In this document: positions 1 through 14,593 of the stretch, piece after piece | How the letters are laid out: every line of letters starts with the position of its first letter | Numbering within the stretch: position 1 is the stretch's first letter | Assembly (NCBI GenBank): GCA_051294905.1 | Contig: CM119371.1 | Coordinates: 16,184,001-16,248,000 of the forward strand | DNA: 64,000 nt | Direction of reading: 5' to 3' | DNA from: Botryllus schlosseri | Lineage: Eukaryota | Position numbers and translations under genes: made by a program | Notes under the pieces: model-generated | What the model saw: the letters and a program-made list of their open reading frames with translations, nothing else | What the model was told of the DNA's origin: nothing | Database searches by the model: none

Positions 1-3000
1 GTCTTTTTCTACTGCCTATTACTACCTATGGCTAACAGCAACTAAAATAATTTTGCGTATATAATACCTGCTGGAAGGTGATGCTGAAGTAACCAAGTAT
101 TCCGGTAGTGTCATAATGTCGTATGCCGTTGAAAGGGGTGTGTAATAAACTCGGAATGAAGTGTAATTGATCTATAGATTTACTGTCGTATAATTGTAAG
201 TCAAAAACGGCCATAATTACAAATTATTAGCAACTTCTGGTGGAGGTATACTGCATCACCGCAACGAATAGTAATAGATTGAGGATTCAGTGGAGCGCAT
301 TAATATTTGGAGTCGGTTTAAAATGTCATGCCTGTAAATTGATAGTATCACTGGATTGAATATTCCGACATCGCAACTTTAGTTAGTTCAGTACGTGACA
401 TACAATGTAGTACATGGTACGCATACAGCATGCATAATAAGAAAATCTTCCTCCATTCCTCTGTAGTATCTTATTCACCAATGAATTGTTTGGAGCTGGC
501 CCAGAATGATTTAACTATTACCCTGAATAGTGGAACTAAAATATCAATCACACAGTGTATGCGGGAATTCGATAATTGTGTTTCGCGAAGCGAATGGAGC
601 AGCGGACGATCATAAAATACTCAGAAGTTTTAGCATATGATCTACCAGAGCCGTAACTGCCGCACCCAAACCCCCAATTGAGGGAGCTGGAAGATTATTT
701 CGTTGGTAATTTGTTGGAAGACATTCATTCAACTTGAAAATTTTCGTCGCGCTTCATGCCCCGGCGTGTTTATACTTTAATTTCATCAGTAAATAAGGAG
801 AAAATATGACTTCAAGATTAGAGGTGGGCCACAGCATATTTTCAAACCGGAAAATGGGCCACGGCCAAGACAGGGCTGAGAGCCCCTGACCTAGAACGTG
901 AAATAATGATCAAAACTTTATACGATATAGGATGTGGTTCATGACTGTACCACTATACCACCACATAACCAACAGGATATCACTAAATCATTACTTACTG
1001 ACGAAGTGTATATAAACACGATGATCACAGCATGCATGACATTGGCTTGTTAATACATATCTGTATTTATGCACTGCACAGTGCACAGTGTACACAGACT
1101 AGTGACTAAAGAGCGCACACTGCCTAAGTGCGCAAACTGCACATAGGGCTGTTCAAAAATAACTTATTTTTCTGGATTCCAGTCATTCAGTGATTAAATT
1201 GTCAGCCCCATGAAATTGTTGAGCTGTCTTCAGAGACGATGCAAAACAAATTTGACTCAATTCCAACCAGTAGAAGCGGAGTTATTGGAGTTTTTCGTTG
1301 ATAATTCTCGGATTATCCTTGCACAGCACATGCACAATTGCTCATATTACACTAACGCCGCCGTTACATTACATGCAAATTCTTGCTCATTTTGAGCGTC
1401 GTATTCACCGGAAGCCCAAATCTGTACAGCGGATTCCCACGCTTGGACGCCGTCAAATGTACAATATATTCACAGCACGGGCAATGCAGATGCTACCAAC
1501 CAACACGGATTTAAACATGCGTTGTTGTCATTGATTAATGATTAGGCCAGACATATATTGCAAGACCCACGAAGACCCGCTGAAACAGACATCTCAATTA
1601 TGCAGATATTACTAAATTAGTATCGACCGACAGGCAATATAAGATATAAACCCGACTTCGCCTCAGCAGCAAACTTAACAATATAAGTTCTAGATTTGTC
1701 GAAGGATGGTGCATGATTTTAGACAGCGATTTTAGATACAATTGATGCAATTCGATGCAATTGTTGAATACGCATCATGGTTTCTGGGTAATACAACTAT
1801 TTCATGCACTATGCCTCTCTCTGACGCGTGTTTTTGTAACTTGATTTAGATTCTTGCGATGAAACATCATTGTTAATCGCAGTCGCAATATCTAGCAACG
1901 AATTTCATTTCAGTGAATACTCAACCGCCGTAAAACGATTCGTCATCGCAGCGACCTGGTGCGTTGCGATAGCTTCCTAGAATTTGGCAGCAGGTTCGCG
2001 ATGTTTGTGAATAATACAGACGCCTGCGTATAGGTATTGATCAAGACGTATTTTCGAGACCTTTAATATCTGAACACGACTTTTCACGAGATGTGTCGTA
2101 ATCAAGACTGAAAATCGGAACGGTCTTGCTGCGCTGGCGCGTGCCGAAAAGCGAAAATGACATTTTGCAGGTCGCTGGGATATTCTCCACACGTGCCACA
2201 CTGCCTTTTGATATTGTGACGTGAAAATGGGCTCGGGTTCTTCCGAACTGTGAAGTATGCCGACACTGTCAGCTGTCTCTATAATACACCTAGACGAAAA
2301 CTACAGGTATTTCGCTTTCGATCTGTGGATGACATCCAGACTAGTCAATTATGACGTCATAAAATCCAGATAGGTAATACCAGTGGGTCTCATTTGCCGG
2401 TCCGCATCAATTTCTAGACCGGTCTGCCATAAATGTTTCAAGTTTCAATTCTATTCTTAGTAGCAAGAGGTTGAAGAGATCTATTAATTGGCAAAACAAT
2501 GCTGTACACCAAATCGTACACTGATTCTGCATTTGGAACGTAATTTAGAACGTTTTATAGCGTGTCATAGAGTTCATGTCCCACATTCGACTTGTCGTAC
2601 GTCACAAAGTGTTGTTCCAGATTGTTTCAAAGTAACCTAAAACTCGTTTGCAAGACCAGCAATATGTGATAGCTAGCTTTTTCCACGAAATTCGATGAAA
2701 TTCGCCGGTACAATTAAGCGAAGATTGACAATATAATGAAATCTAGTAAACGGGAAAGTCGCATTTTTTAATACTTTCCTATGAACTCGACAGTCAAATT
2801 CGGGATGGTGGCGTGAAAGGGACTATGCCTTGCAGTAACCTAGATAAGCTAGATTAAATCACGCATAACGATGCGATATCAAAATGAATGGGGTCAATTT
2901 GTGGCTGAATCAGGTGGAATTTAGCAGATACCGTGCAAGGGAAACCTAGCCGGATTCAGGTTTTTCAACCCGAATCACCAACGATTGCATACCGAGAGTT

Positions 3001-3005
3001 ACGAG

Positions 3006-3492
3006 TAGGGCTGGGCACAATGATTCGACTACTCGAATCTGAATCGAGTATTAATTTTAATGTATTCGAGTCAAGTAGTAAAAGACGATTTTTTTCGAGT
3101 ACTGAAATTACACGCTCCTTGCAACCGAAAGTTAATTTACTGACGACAATTATGGTTTTGATTCTATTTTCCACTCTGAGGAAGCCTTGAAACCTTGATC
3201 GTAACGTACGATCATTACAGGAAATAACACATTTACGAAGTCATGATCATCCCACAACATTGTCAAGAAGTGCAATGAAATCGGTATGGTCGAATAAGTA
3301 CCAAGGTATCTTAGAAGCGACGGAAAACATGCATGTTCTTTGTGGTGGTATTAAAGGTTCATATTTTAACTCTGACATAGGGCATTCTGTTGTGTCGTCA
3401 TAATGCGTGATACTAGAATACTCGAAACGACTCGAAGTGTGATGCATGATTCAGAATCAAAACGCTCAGATACTCGATTTTGACCAGCCCTA
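3006..3492. mobile_element. Non-autonomous hAT-like MITE (TAGGGCTGG...CCAGCCCTA) with ACTCGA/TCGAGT subterminal repeats
   Basis: Terminal inverted repeats; flanks gttacgag/tctacgag (6/8 TSD match). Confidence 0.6.
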
Positions 3493-4400
3493 TCTACGAG
3501 CAATTGGCCCCACTCCACAGCACAACCCTCGGTTTGGATGTCTATCAATAGTTCTGATACTACATCTGCAAGCATTGCGTATTGGCAAACATACGGTAGG
3601 AAAAGTATTCGATGACGACATCGGATGGGCAGGGCATCACGCATCACAATGGAATAATATGATCTGATATAATTTCATCGTTGTATGAACATTGAATATC
3701 ACATATCTAGGTCTCGAATCTCGGTTCGTACAGACTACAGAGTGTCTGTACACAAAATGTTGTGCCCAACTAAAACGAAATTTCAATACTGCGAAATGCG
3801 ATGATAAAATCAAATATTGATGATGAAACTATGATATTAATGGACTACGCCGACCATGGCCAGTTGGCCCCACACACAGTGAATCCCGCGTGATGCGCAT
3901 GCGCATGTATTTGAATTCAGTGGTAAATGGACAATAGTCCTTGCTCAACAGTCAATTCGTCATCAATGCAGTCCTTGTTTGGTGAGCCACAGCATTCTCA
4001 GGCTTATTGTATTCCAACAGACAATCGCAATCACAATCAATACAAAATGCTAACGCACACAATTGACTAGGCATAGCGTCACTCGACTGCGATCATATGG
4101 TAAGCATGATATGCGATCATATCGATTGGCATTAGTAACTATTATGATTCGCATGATAGGAAGTCACATCCGACCACGGAAGAGGAGAGAGCTGGGATTA
4201 TTTTCGTGTTAGTCGGTAAAAGGTGATTATTTAAACTATCAAATCATCCACGCTGTTATAACATCATAACAAGTGATACTCCAGTAACTCTACACATAGC
4301 GAAATATTCGAATATAAATCGAATCACTCATACTCGATTTTCCCGGCACTGGTGAGCCCCAATATCAATTCGCAATTGGGGTCTTGCACATTAATGCAAT

Positions 4401-4488
4401 GGCCGACAAGATAACGCACTGGTAGAGCACCCGGCTTCTTGATCGGTAGGTCGTGGGTTCAATCCCCGGTCGGGTCATACCAAAGACC
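4401..4488 (+). mobile_element. Diverged tRNA-derived SINE head, same family as 45477 and 63781
   Basis: A-box-like segment, B-box GGTTCAATCC, then GGTCGGGTCATACCAAAGAC shared with the other copies. Confidence 0.65.
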
Positions 4489-4664
4489 TATGCACAACAC
4501 GCACTCATGGGTATGCCGCAAAAAACACGAAGGACGGAGATATGTCACGTCACACTTTACAATAAGTTTACATTTCCCAAGGCTTTGGTTCACAATGCCA
4601 TTGACGCGAAACACACTTGATTGCCCTACGATTGCCGATAACAAATAGAAAATGTGCTACTCAC

Positions 4665-7600
4665 TCGTACGATCGGCATCTTTTGATGTTGTCGTTTTCT
4701 TGTCGACTTTCTAAACACCAGGCGCATTGTGGATGTGCTTGTATACACGCGTCGCACGATTGAATTTGCACGTCCTCACATAAGGCGTCGACGGCAGCTA
4801 GATAAATAGAAATGGAATTGCTCAAAATTACACTGCTGTCCATGACAGGGGTGGGCAAACTGCGGATCGCATGCGGCCCATGAGAGTCTAAAGAAACTAA
4901 TTAAAAATGCATGGATTTGATTAAACTTTTTCTTAGTGTAGTTCACCATGATAATTCTAAGGCAGTGATTCTCAAACTAGGGAGCTCGCTCCCCCCCTCT
5001 TGGGGGCATGAAAGCGTCTAAAGGGGGGGGGCGCAAAGCTGAGCTCGACTGTACATTTTTCTCGCGCTCGGCACGGTTTACATCCAATTCAAAATTAAAT
5101 TAGTGCTCTGTATTTAATCTGAATTCCACATTTAAAAATCTCACATCAACAGTCGTAACCTTCCCTGTCATCAAACTATCCGTTAGGTTTGCCGGCATCG
5201 TGGTTGCGTTTTGTGATATGACGATGAAGGGGGCGCGGAATCTTTCACCATCATAAGAGTGGAGGGGGCGTGTCTTGAAAAGTTTGAGAACTACTGTTCT
5301 AAGGTAAATACTACGTATTTTATTTTTTACGTTCGATTTCTGGCGCGACAACCCGATCTCGAGGCCCACACAGTTTCAAAGGTTTCAACTGATGAACATC
5401 ACAGAAATCCTAAACGACATTGACCTAATTCGGATCACGAGTGTGATTTCAGATTGGCCAATCCAGTTTTAATTATTTGGGTGATGTGACTTTTAAAAAA
5501 ACGATTCGCGCGTGTCTTAGGTATATTCGTTCTCTGTATGCGTAGAATTCAAGTATTTATATTATTATTATTATTTTTATCTACACTTAGTAGAAGCGTG
5601 TTTGCAGCTAATGTGGTTAATGATGCTGTCAGCATTGTGTGTCCGGGAACTGAACGAAAAGTGTAACTAGTAAATCTAAGAACAGATCACTGCTCACGGA
5701 TTTAAATTTCAATCCTGTTCCAAGAATCGGGACAACCGAGTTTCATCTTAAAGTTTTGCCAAATTGGTTATTGAGGTAGACCAGTCTATGAAATCTCGCC
5801 ACTGTCACTGACACGTGTACGATATCATCAAAGCAATGTTTGGTTTGTTCTAAATAAGCGCATTATCTCGATGTCCTCGCTATATAATTAAATAACAATA
5901 TTGAGTTTTGGTTCATAATCACTATTCTATATAGGGCGGCCCGCAGATGGTTTCAGATGTCGAATGCAGCCCGCGAGCTCAAACGCTTGCCCACCCCTCG
6001 TGTATGAAGAGCTTGTTGGAGGTACAGAGCTTCAATATACAATTGAATAGCATATTAATAATGAAATGAAACCGAATATTTTCGGCTCACATTCGTCAGG
6101 GTGGTAATCGTCAGCAACTAGTAGTGAATTGGAAAGAAGACATTGTATATCAACAATCGTATCACAAAATATGACCTCGTCCGGGCGAAGAGATTTTTCG
6201 AAATTTCATGACGGTGCTTTCATATTTCGTCATAGGATTGTTGATATACAATGTTCTTTCCAATTCTCTGCTAGTAGCTGACGATTACCCCTGACGATAG
6301 TCAGCCGAAAATATTCGGGTTCATTTCAATGTGAATATGCTATTCAATACTATAGTGTCTATATCAGTGGTTCTCAAACGCATTGAATCAGTGGTTTGAA
6401 AACCAATAGTACAAGAGTCCAGGCAAGTATTACCGGCACTGTATTGCATTCGAAATATTCAAGGATTGAAAAGCGCTTTTGCGTGAAATGTAGGTGGAAT
6501 TTTCATACTGCGAAATGAGGATGACCTGATTTAGAGCGATCTTATCGCGCTTCAGCACAGCAGGGCACCTTCGAAGAATGTCTAATAGCAAATTCCCATA
6601 TCTTGACAAGGCGTAATTAGGGAACTTCCCAGACCGCAGTTCGTTATGTTCCTAATGAATGGATTTTTTTTCGGAATCAGATTTTATTTACGAGCGGATA
6701 GCGACAGAAGTCGTATTGCATAGGGATTTTGATTTTATCTAACACTGGTTCGTATCGAGATACCGAATCTATGATGACAACCGTGATCCGTTCACTTTCG
6801 GTATACCATGCTACTGTACGATAGAGATGAGCAATTGAGCATTGATCTGTATTCAGAGAAACCGATTTGCAGATTTCAACCAGATATTTGGGCAATTTGA
6901 CGAGAATCTTCATCTTTCTGACTGTCTACTTATTATTATCATATTCTTTATTCACATCAAAACTGGTAAATACACACACAATCCAGGGAGCAGCCTGCCC
7001 CTAAAGGAAAATGGCGAGATTGAAGTGATTTTATTCGTAATTTCCGTAACTCAGTCAATTGTTATTCCTCTGCAATACATGAAGAGGTCAGATTACAGAA
7101 TTGCGGTAGATGAAGAATTGGCAAGAGTGGCAGAGATAAAGATGATTGAAAATGAAGAATAGAAATTACAGCAACTACATGCTGTGATTTTCGAGTACAC
7201 GTTTAATTCAGTCCAGTGGTGCATTCAAGGTCTTCCGGAAAATATGCACAGTAGGGCTCTTCAAAAATGACTTATTTTTTCAAATCGTACTGGCTACTTG
7301 ATAAAATAGTTGAGTTACCTAATTTAAGCCTACACACAAATTTGGTTCAATTCCAGCCAGTAACCGCTGTGCTACAGGAGAAGAAAGTTTCTATTTATTA
7401 TATAAAAATAAATAATAAAAAATTTGTGAATTCTCTGTTTACCCCATGAAAGTGTTAGGCTGTCTATAGAAACGATGCTCACCAAATTTGGTTCAATTCC
7501 AACCAGTGGAAGCGGAGTTATTGCAGTCGAAAAATTCGGATTTGAATAAAATAGTATTTACGGTGACCGATTCTTTGTTTATTTATTATATTCGTGCTCA

Positions 7601-9985
7601 CCGTAAATACTATTTTATTCAAATCCAAATTTTTCCCACGGCAATAACTCCGCTTCCACTGGTTGGAATTGAACCAAATTTCGTGAACATCGTTTCTATA
7701 CACAGCCTGACACTATCATGGGGTGAACAGAAAATTTTCAAATTTTTCATTATTTATTTTTATATAATAAATAGAAACTTTCTTCTCCTGTAGCAAAGCG
7801 GTTACTGGCTGGAATTGAACCAAATTTTGTGTGTAGGCTTAAATTAGGTAACCTAACTATTTTAACAAGTAGCCAGTACGATTTGAGAGGAAAAGTCATT
7901 TTTGAAGAGCCCTAATGCACAGTGTCTAATAAAGTGATCTTTTGTATCATGTCTACTCGAACGTGTCCGAAATTTTTGGGATATGTCCCATGAGTTTTAT
8001 GTTTAGGGCCCATGTAGCGCCAATGACAATCGGTACAATGTTTATTTAGCATCGCCACATTTTCTATCATTCCATTTTTAGGTCTGCGTATTTTGATGTA
8101 TCATCAATATTATGATACCTTATATTACATTTTATTATTTGTTCAAACGATTTCTGCATATCTTTCCCGCATGACTCCCATCAAAGTGTATAGTTTGTAT
8201 TCTATAAAGGTCAAAGTTGGGAATGACGTTCAGGCTCGAGTCAGTTTCGGGCTCGATTTGTGGAGTATTATGATGTTCAATCGGATTGAATATCAACTCG
8301 ACTAATTAATACGGAATTTGTACTAGTTTTCATTCTCGAATCGAGCATAAATCAGGCTGTAAGCAATCGTTTGGTTCAGGGTTACCCATTTGGCAGCGGT
8401 TCGGGATAGCAGCCAATATATATTGGCCGATTCCAACTATGGTGTGCTATGCTATTGTATGCGCATGTGAGTGTTTTGTCGAATACATATAACACTTCAT
8501 TCAAAGCAGTAATAAATAGGAACCAATGTTCGAAAAAATCATCGGTTACGTTACATCCAGTTTGTGATGGCCAGCCGTCGCAGTTATCTGAAGTTTGGGC
8601 GAATTTTCTGATATTGCTGGCCCCAATTGGCCGTCTTGATGTCGGTCTTATCGTAAACAGCCAACACTATTTCTATCACATGGGATTAGTCGGCCAGAGG
8701 TCGAGATTACCGAACTACGATCAGACTTATAAATTACTTCGCCTACCTACACATGCCACTTCATTTTAATCCCTTGTCCTTTTATGTTGTCACTTGTTAG
8801 TTTTCATTCATAGTGCACGGCTCATATTCACATTGCAATACTACTAAAAATTGTTACCACTCCTTTTCATTTTATCGCAATATGTAGTGTCTTGAATCGA
8901 TGAAATAATTGATATACGTGATGAAAGGAGAGATTTGGTTTCTAATTGCAACAGCGTAGTAACGATTGTATTTTACGTTTAATTGACGTTTGACAACCAA
9001 TCAGCTGTATATGTAGTATATATTCAGATGAAAACCTACTGTTACTAAACAAGCCATGCACCTCTGTTACGTTATTATACCCCGATTTCACGTTCAACCG
9101 CGAGAAATTGAAGTACCGTAGCACAATATGCCCTTTTTTGCAAATATTTTCAAAGCGTCCGGTAACCGGTAGTTGACAGCCGTTTATGGAAGGCCAATAT
9201 GAATTCAAAACTGCTTGAATTGAAAATTTTTATGCAAAGCTCGACGGATTCTGAATACCACACATACTAAACGCAGGTCACGTAAAGCCGTGATACATCG
9301 CATTTCTGTTCTGGCGCTTGAAACAGAGATGACGCCATAGCGGTAATGTCGAAATGGAAACGATAACGAAGCATGTGCATAATTCCATTATTTCCTCAAC
9401 GCAGTTTTCTATACAGCAATAAGCAACAAGCCCAGCACGAATTCCACACGCTACATGCGTTTATCAATCAGAAGTTCGCACAATGCAAACAGTAACCAAT
9501 CCAAGAGTGCATAATGATATTATGTAGGCTATAGTTGTATACATACATATTGCTTAATTCATTATCGGCGCAATTGAAACAATGTGGCATCCATAGGCGG
9601 TAGATGGCGATTTAGTGAGCGAAACTGTTGGTGGATTAATAAAGGTAATCTCGACAGTAGTTATCGCTTTAAAAGCAGCTAAATACAGTGTTCAACGTTT
9701 GTTTTGGAGTAAATTTTAGCACAGAGTTCATAATTGGAGAAATCAGTACAAAGCTTAGCAATATCAGTGACATCACAGCTTGAGAGCGCGTGACTTCATT
9801 TGCGTGCAATCAGCTAACAGATTGTTGATTAGAAGTGAGCTTCGAAAATGACTAGCGACTGAGAATTTGACAGCCACTCGACAATCTTTATTCATGTCAA
9901 AGGGCAAACACTTACGGTCTGAGGAAGTATATATGACGAAGGAACACAGTGTTATGAAAATCGGTAAAAGTAAAATTGTCTTCAT
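4665..9985 (-). CDS. Integrin beta subunit gene A, 5' part: signal-peptide exon 9916-9985 and PSI-domain exon 4665-4797. Downstream exons were not located and may lie left of the window.
   Basis: Exon 1 encodes MKTILLLPIFITLCSFVIYTSSD and ends at a GTAAG donor in phase 1. The next acceptor TAG|CT is also phase 1, giving P-AVDALCEDVQIQSCDACIQAHPQCAWCLES...KRCRSY, the CxxCIxxHPxCAWC integrin-beta PSI motif. A GTGAGT donor follows at 4664. Confidence 0.85.
4846..5999. mobile_element. hAT (Buster/Charlie-like) non-autonomous element containing nested element 4963-5296
   Basis: CAGGGGTGGGCAA...TTGCCCACCCCT ends, GCGGCCC subterminal motifs, degenerate TSD. Confidence 0.6.
4963..5296. mobile_element. 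hAT MITE (CAGTGATTCTCAAAC...GTTTGAGAACTACTG)
   Basis: TIRs plus perfect 8-bp TSD ttctaagg. Confidence 0.85.
6041..6349. mobile_element. Fold-back MITE with ~130-bp inverted arms; half copy at ~21966-22090
   Basis: TTGAATAGCATATT...AATATGCTATTCAA arms with internal complementarity (e.g. ATATTTTCGGCT/AGCCGAAAATAT). Confidence 0.7.
7252..7914. mobile_element. Near-perfect 660-bp palindromic hAT-type MITE; partial or diverged copies at ~1144-1300, ~36288-36669 and ~39841-40662
   Basis: TAGGGCTCTTCAAAAATGAC...GTCATTTTTGAAGAGCCCTA; arms are complementary almost to the centre; perfect 8-bp TSD atgcacag. Confidence 0.9.
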
Positions 9986-12900
9986 CTTCTCCAAAACGAA
10001 GAGCGGTAAAGAGCTCAAAATGAGCAGTGAGATATATCCCAATTTCTATCCACGAATATGCTGTCTTTACAGTGTTGTTACAGTACGTGTATTGTTAATA
10101 CTGATAAATTACAGAGGAGATTACCATAACAGGCTGTAACGTTTGTAACATACAAAAATGGACACAGTGACTCCTGCGGAGAATATGTACGTGAATTAAA
10201 CCGCATCGAAAGCTTCATTCAACGGCATGATCAACTGCTGAATCAATCGCTCTCTTCCTGTGCTCAGCCCATGATTGTTTTTGTCTAGTCTCGCTTACCA
10301 AGTTATATTACGCCACGAAATCACGTTACAGACACAGCTTCAACGAATTACCGCACATCGCTATATCGAACGTCCCGAGGGAGTCGCAAAACATTGACAA
10401 ATCCTTCTATTTCTCAAATCACAGACATTGGCTGGTCTGCGAAGCGCACCGCCAGCCGCGCACTCGACACAACCCATCGAAGCGCGTAAACAACAACGAC
10501 TGTGCTCTGGAGGAAATCAATATTCAATACACCCTCTGCCTGCACAGTGCAAACTGCCAATGCATAGCAAGCCAGCATGTGGCTCTGCCTTAGAAATTGC
10601 GCTACGAATGATATACTGCGTAGACCGACCTTGCGTGATGATATCACCAATACGGTAAGAAAATGGGTATTAGGTTACTATAAGCCACAATACATATATT
10701 TCAACCCAATATATCTGAACTGTGTTCAACATTCAAAATACTTGACACACTGTTACTCTTCATTCAAACAACGGATAATGTTTTCTGAGTCGTCTTGTGA
10801 CGCTAACGACACCCGCCAGTCCAGCCTGCGTCCGCCGACAAATCTACTGGGCTGCGCAGGCCAAGTAAGGTTTAGCGCAGCACTCGAGTGACGTACATAC
10901 TTTTTTCGTACAGGCCTACAAAGTTTTAGCACTTCCTGTCGACGATGTTTGCGTCATAAACGCACGTTTGCTTGAATAACGACTTCGTGATTCAGATATG
11001 TCACATCGGAGTTTCCTGCGTGATTCGAAGCTGCCTAAAGCGCCGTAGCCGCCGTTAACTACCTTAACCACTCGAGACTTCAACACACTGGATCCTGTTT
11101 AAATCAGCAACCCAATAACACGTACCGTGTAGTAGCCAATGTCACGGACTTCTCTGCGTGAAAGGATGCAATTAATACTGGTTAGTTTCATCGGGAATAC
11201 GTCATGTTTTCGTCGGTCTATCGATACAGGAGTGAAACTAAGGATGTACACTGTACAGTACGGATTACTGATTCTAATTTGATTCGCATATTTCTGGTGC
11301 AGTATAATTGGAATTATACATTTCTGCTAGAATAGGGTTACCATACGTCCTCTTTTAAGAGGATTTGTCATCTTTTTTGACATTTTTGAAAGTGTCCTCG
11401 AAGGACGCCCAAATGTCCTCTTTTATGAGAATTTTGGTTAAATATAGGGCAAAATTCGACTGAGATACAGTAAAGGAGCACCGAAGTAACGCTTCGGCGG
11501 CTTTTTCGGGAGCTGAGACGGAAAGATGACCCTTTTTCAGTCAACCAACAGAAAATGTGAAAGAAAAACCGTATTTCGGGAGCTAAGCCAGAAGGTTGAC
11601 CGTTGTTTCAACAAGATAAATGACTTTGCTAATTGACGCACGCGAACCGATCACCCATCACACATTCAAGGATGCATCAAACTTAATGCAATGCCGCTTC
11701 CGAATAGGTCCGAATAGACCACAGACAGTTGCTTGAGACACAAGGGGCCGCGAATAACATGTCAAAATTGCCTTAGGGCCAGCAGAGTCTTTACCCGCCA
11801 CTTCTTTCAAGGCACCGGTATTGTAAAGTACAGTGTACCACTGGTATTATTGAAAAATAAATAGTTAGTACCAAACCCGCATAAATGGTTGAGATGGCGA
11901 CAGCAAAAGCTTTCGGAGTAAAACCCAAGTCAAACCACTAAGCACTGATTGGGTGTGGCTACCCCAATTACGGAAGAACTCGAAGAACTATCATCTATTG
12001 AAAATATCTTAAAGCCTAGGGATTCATCCAGATTTGACTGAAATCGTTTTGATATGGACCAGAAAGATTTCAACAATCAAGTAGCTGTTTGACAATAGAT
12101 AACAAACCACAAACCGAAATGTGGGGAGATTGTCTTCGAACCGCTATTAGCTCCTTCAAGCTCGCATATTCTTCATGCCTCTTCAATGTAGCAATCATTA
12201 CTGACTTTATGCAAGCCGCTGGTGATTGTTTAATTTGCAGGAGCAATGTTTGCAAAGACGCTTCGACTCCATTCCCATCGTTTCTGTAACGCAAATTTGT
12301 TGCAAAATAAGAATAAACACCAAATGAAAAACACCAAATGAATATGTTCTCCCGTCAGCGAGTTCTGGGTAAAGATTTGGAATCACGCACCTCCGATCAG
12401 ATTAAATCACCGACAATCCAGAATCTATATGCCCTTACTGAATACTCAATTGGTTCTTCAATCAGCAATTCATCCCAGAGCACCACTTTCCCAATGCCAC
12501 GTTTTTCAAGGTGAGGCACTATTTCATGGAATAAGTAGCAGGCACGTGATATCGCCAGAATAAAAACAACTGAATATCAGGATAACGTCAGTAAAAGGTC
12601 AATGTCTTCGTTTAGTATATCGGCTAATAGGATTTAGGACGCGATATTTTGCTGTATTGCTAATTGCTTTATGTTCGTGGGGATTTGACCGATGACGTGC
12701 GGTGAGATTCATGGGTGGTGACGGTGAGGCATTGGCCCCTTTTAAGTTGTATTTACAATTATATGAACCCAAAATAATAGCTGAATCAGTTGGTGATTGG
12801 TTTCTTACAACATTAGCACTTCAAACGCAGGCTATCACTATCAGTATTCTTTTATTAATATTTTCAACAGTCCAAAACACCGCAAGACTGCTATACAATG

Positions 12901-13374
12901 AAAACATAGTAAGGTGTCGAAACGACTTGGAGTAGTCTTTGAAATCAGACACCCATCTGGGCCTAGGCGATGTAAATAAGATGTATGCTCAATTGCTCAT
13001 TGCATATTGTACACAGAATGGAGAGAAAGAAGGGATCACACTAAATGACCAGTGATGAAAATGAATGATGCATGTGTCGATATAGGCATGTTTCATATAT
13101 ATGTCATATCGAGGTCAGGTAATCTTGAGGGATGACTACAATGCTCCCACTAAACTGCGCGCCTGCCCGGTCGCGCATTGCTGACAAAGTCTGCGCGCAC
13201 AGAAAAACCTGGGCCGCGCAATTCAAGGCGAAGTGACGACCTTTTATTTTATTCGACACATTGTCATCTGTATCGGATCTCATAATGGTATGCTCTGTTG
13301 TCCAAGGGACCGCGCAGTGAGTTTGTTTGTGAGTGCGCGCATACTCGTGAAAAATTAGAGAGAACGTTGGATTA

Positions 13375-13505
13375 CTACAGTATTCATTCAGTAGAAATTG
13401 CTTGTATTCCGACGACTGTCGGAAAGCCGACGAGATACTGTTCCACACACGAGGTCCGGTATACTTTACAGAGCGATGCGTTTTCTTGTATTCCGCCCTG
13501 ATCAT
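13375..13505 (-). mobile_element. LINE (L2/CR1-group-like) ORF2 C-terminal remnant
   Basis: Translation RSVKYTGPRVWNSIS...YKQFLLNEY resembles the SxxYxGPxxWNxLP...LLxxY end of such RT proteins. Confidence 0.55.
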
Positions 13506-14593
13506 ATGTCAGTGTTGGAATGACTCGAGTCATGACTTGTACGGTCAGGTATCCCCCTCACCCTAATGAAAGTGCTCGATATCTATCTTCTTTTTTAGGC
13601 TTTCTCGCTCTTTTCATTCCTTTCCTTGGATTGGTCCTTGGTATGGTCTTTCTATGAGCTTTTTATTGTGAAGACGCTATGAGCAAAACGACATAGGAGA
13701 TGAGAATCTCGGATAAACTTCCGTAGCTATACGGACCTTGCTATTAGAGATGGTGTGAACGTGAGGTTCACGTTCGTGTTCTGTGTGTGAACCTCAGAAA
13801 TTTAGAGGTTCACGTCCACAAACGAACCTTGGCAGGTTCTGCACTGTGAGCCTTTTTCATATATTACCAGTTTTACGTCATTATAACATCCTCGTTTGAA
13901 ATTTACTGCATTTGAACTGCGGGCCACTCTATGCACATGGCACTGCTGGCAACATAAAAATCAACACTAAACGAGCATTAACAGAACAGTGATAATCTCA
14001 AAATTTTGGCCTGCTTTGTTACAAAAGTTTGCTTGAAATATCCAGCTTTTCGTTTGTGAATATTTAGTGACTCTCTGCCGTGAGCTTGACCCGCAATCAC
14101 ACAGCATCAAGAGCTAATTACGCTACCAGTAGGTAGTCAGCGAATGATGCTTATTCAACCAAGCAATGAAATATGTATCGTTGTCTGATGTAAAAATCTA
14201 GCAGGCGTAAGGGGACCATCTCGATTTCATATGTTTATTGTATCATTAAAACCAAATCCATGGGATCGGGTGTTGGCTACTGCTGTGTAACTTGTCAAAG
14301 GGGTGATATCGGTAGCAAGCATAGAAAACCCGTTTTACACTCTGCTCAACATAATCGTTGCAACACTCACGTTGCAAGTCCTCGTCGAAATTCTTGGCAA
14401 AGCGACGGAAGATATTGATTTTATGTGATTATTATATCATTTGAGAGCCCCAGTTGATACATATGGCGACGGTGAAAAAGTCAGTATGTACTTCAGCATT
14501 GTGGCATTATGTATGGCCAGAGTCGTCGCTAGGTATCGTGTACAACTGTTTACATTAATGCCTATATCACTCCACTGAACTGTTGGTTTAGAA

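Noticed and set aside
32..340. Next exon of integrin gene A
   Set aside because: No frame with integrin-like sequence and a compatible splice phase was found by eye.
4401..4476. Possible tRNA genes (also ~25347, 45477, 59160 and 63781)
   Set aside because: A/B boxes are present, but I could not fold a full cloverleaf, and most run into shared SINE bodies or tails.
10424..10654. Exon-like plus-strand segment (CAG...GTAAG) divergent from the integrin A start
   Set aside because: No recognisable protein and no partner exons; it could be non-coding, but this is unsupported.
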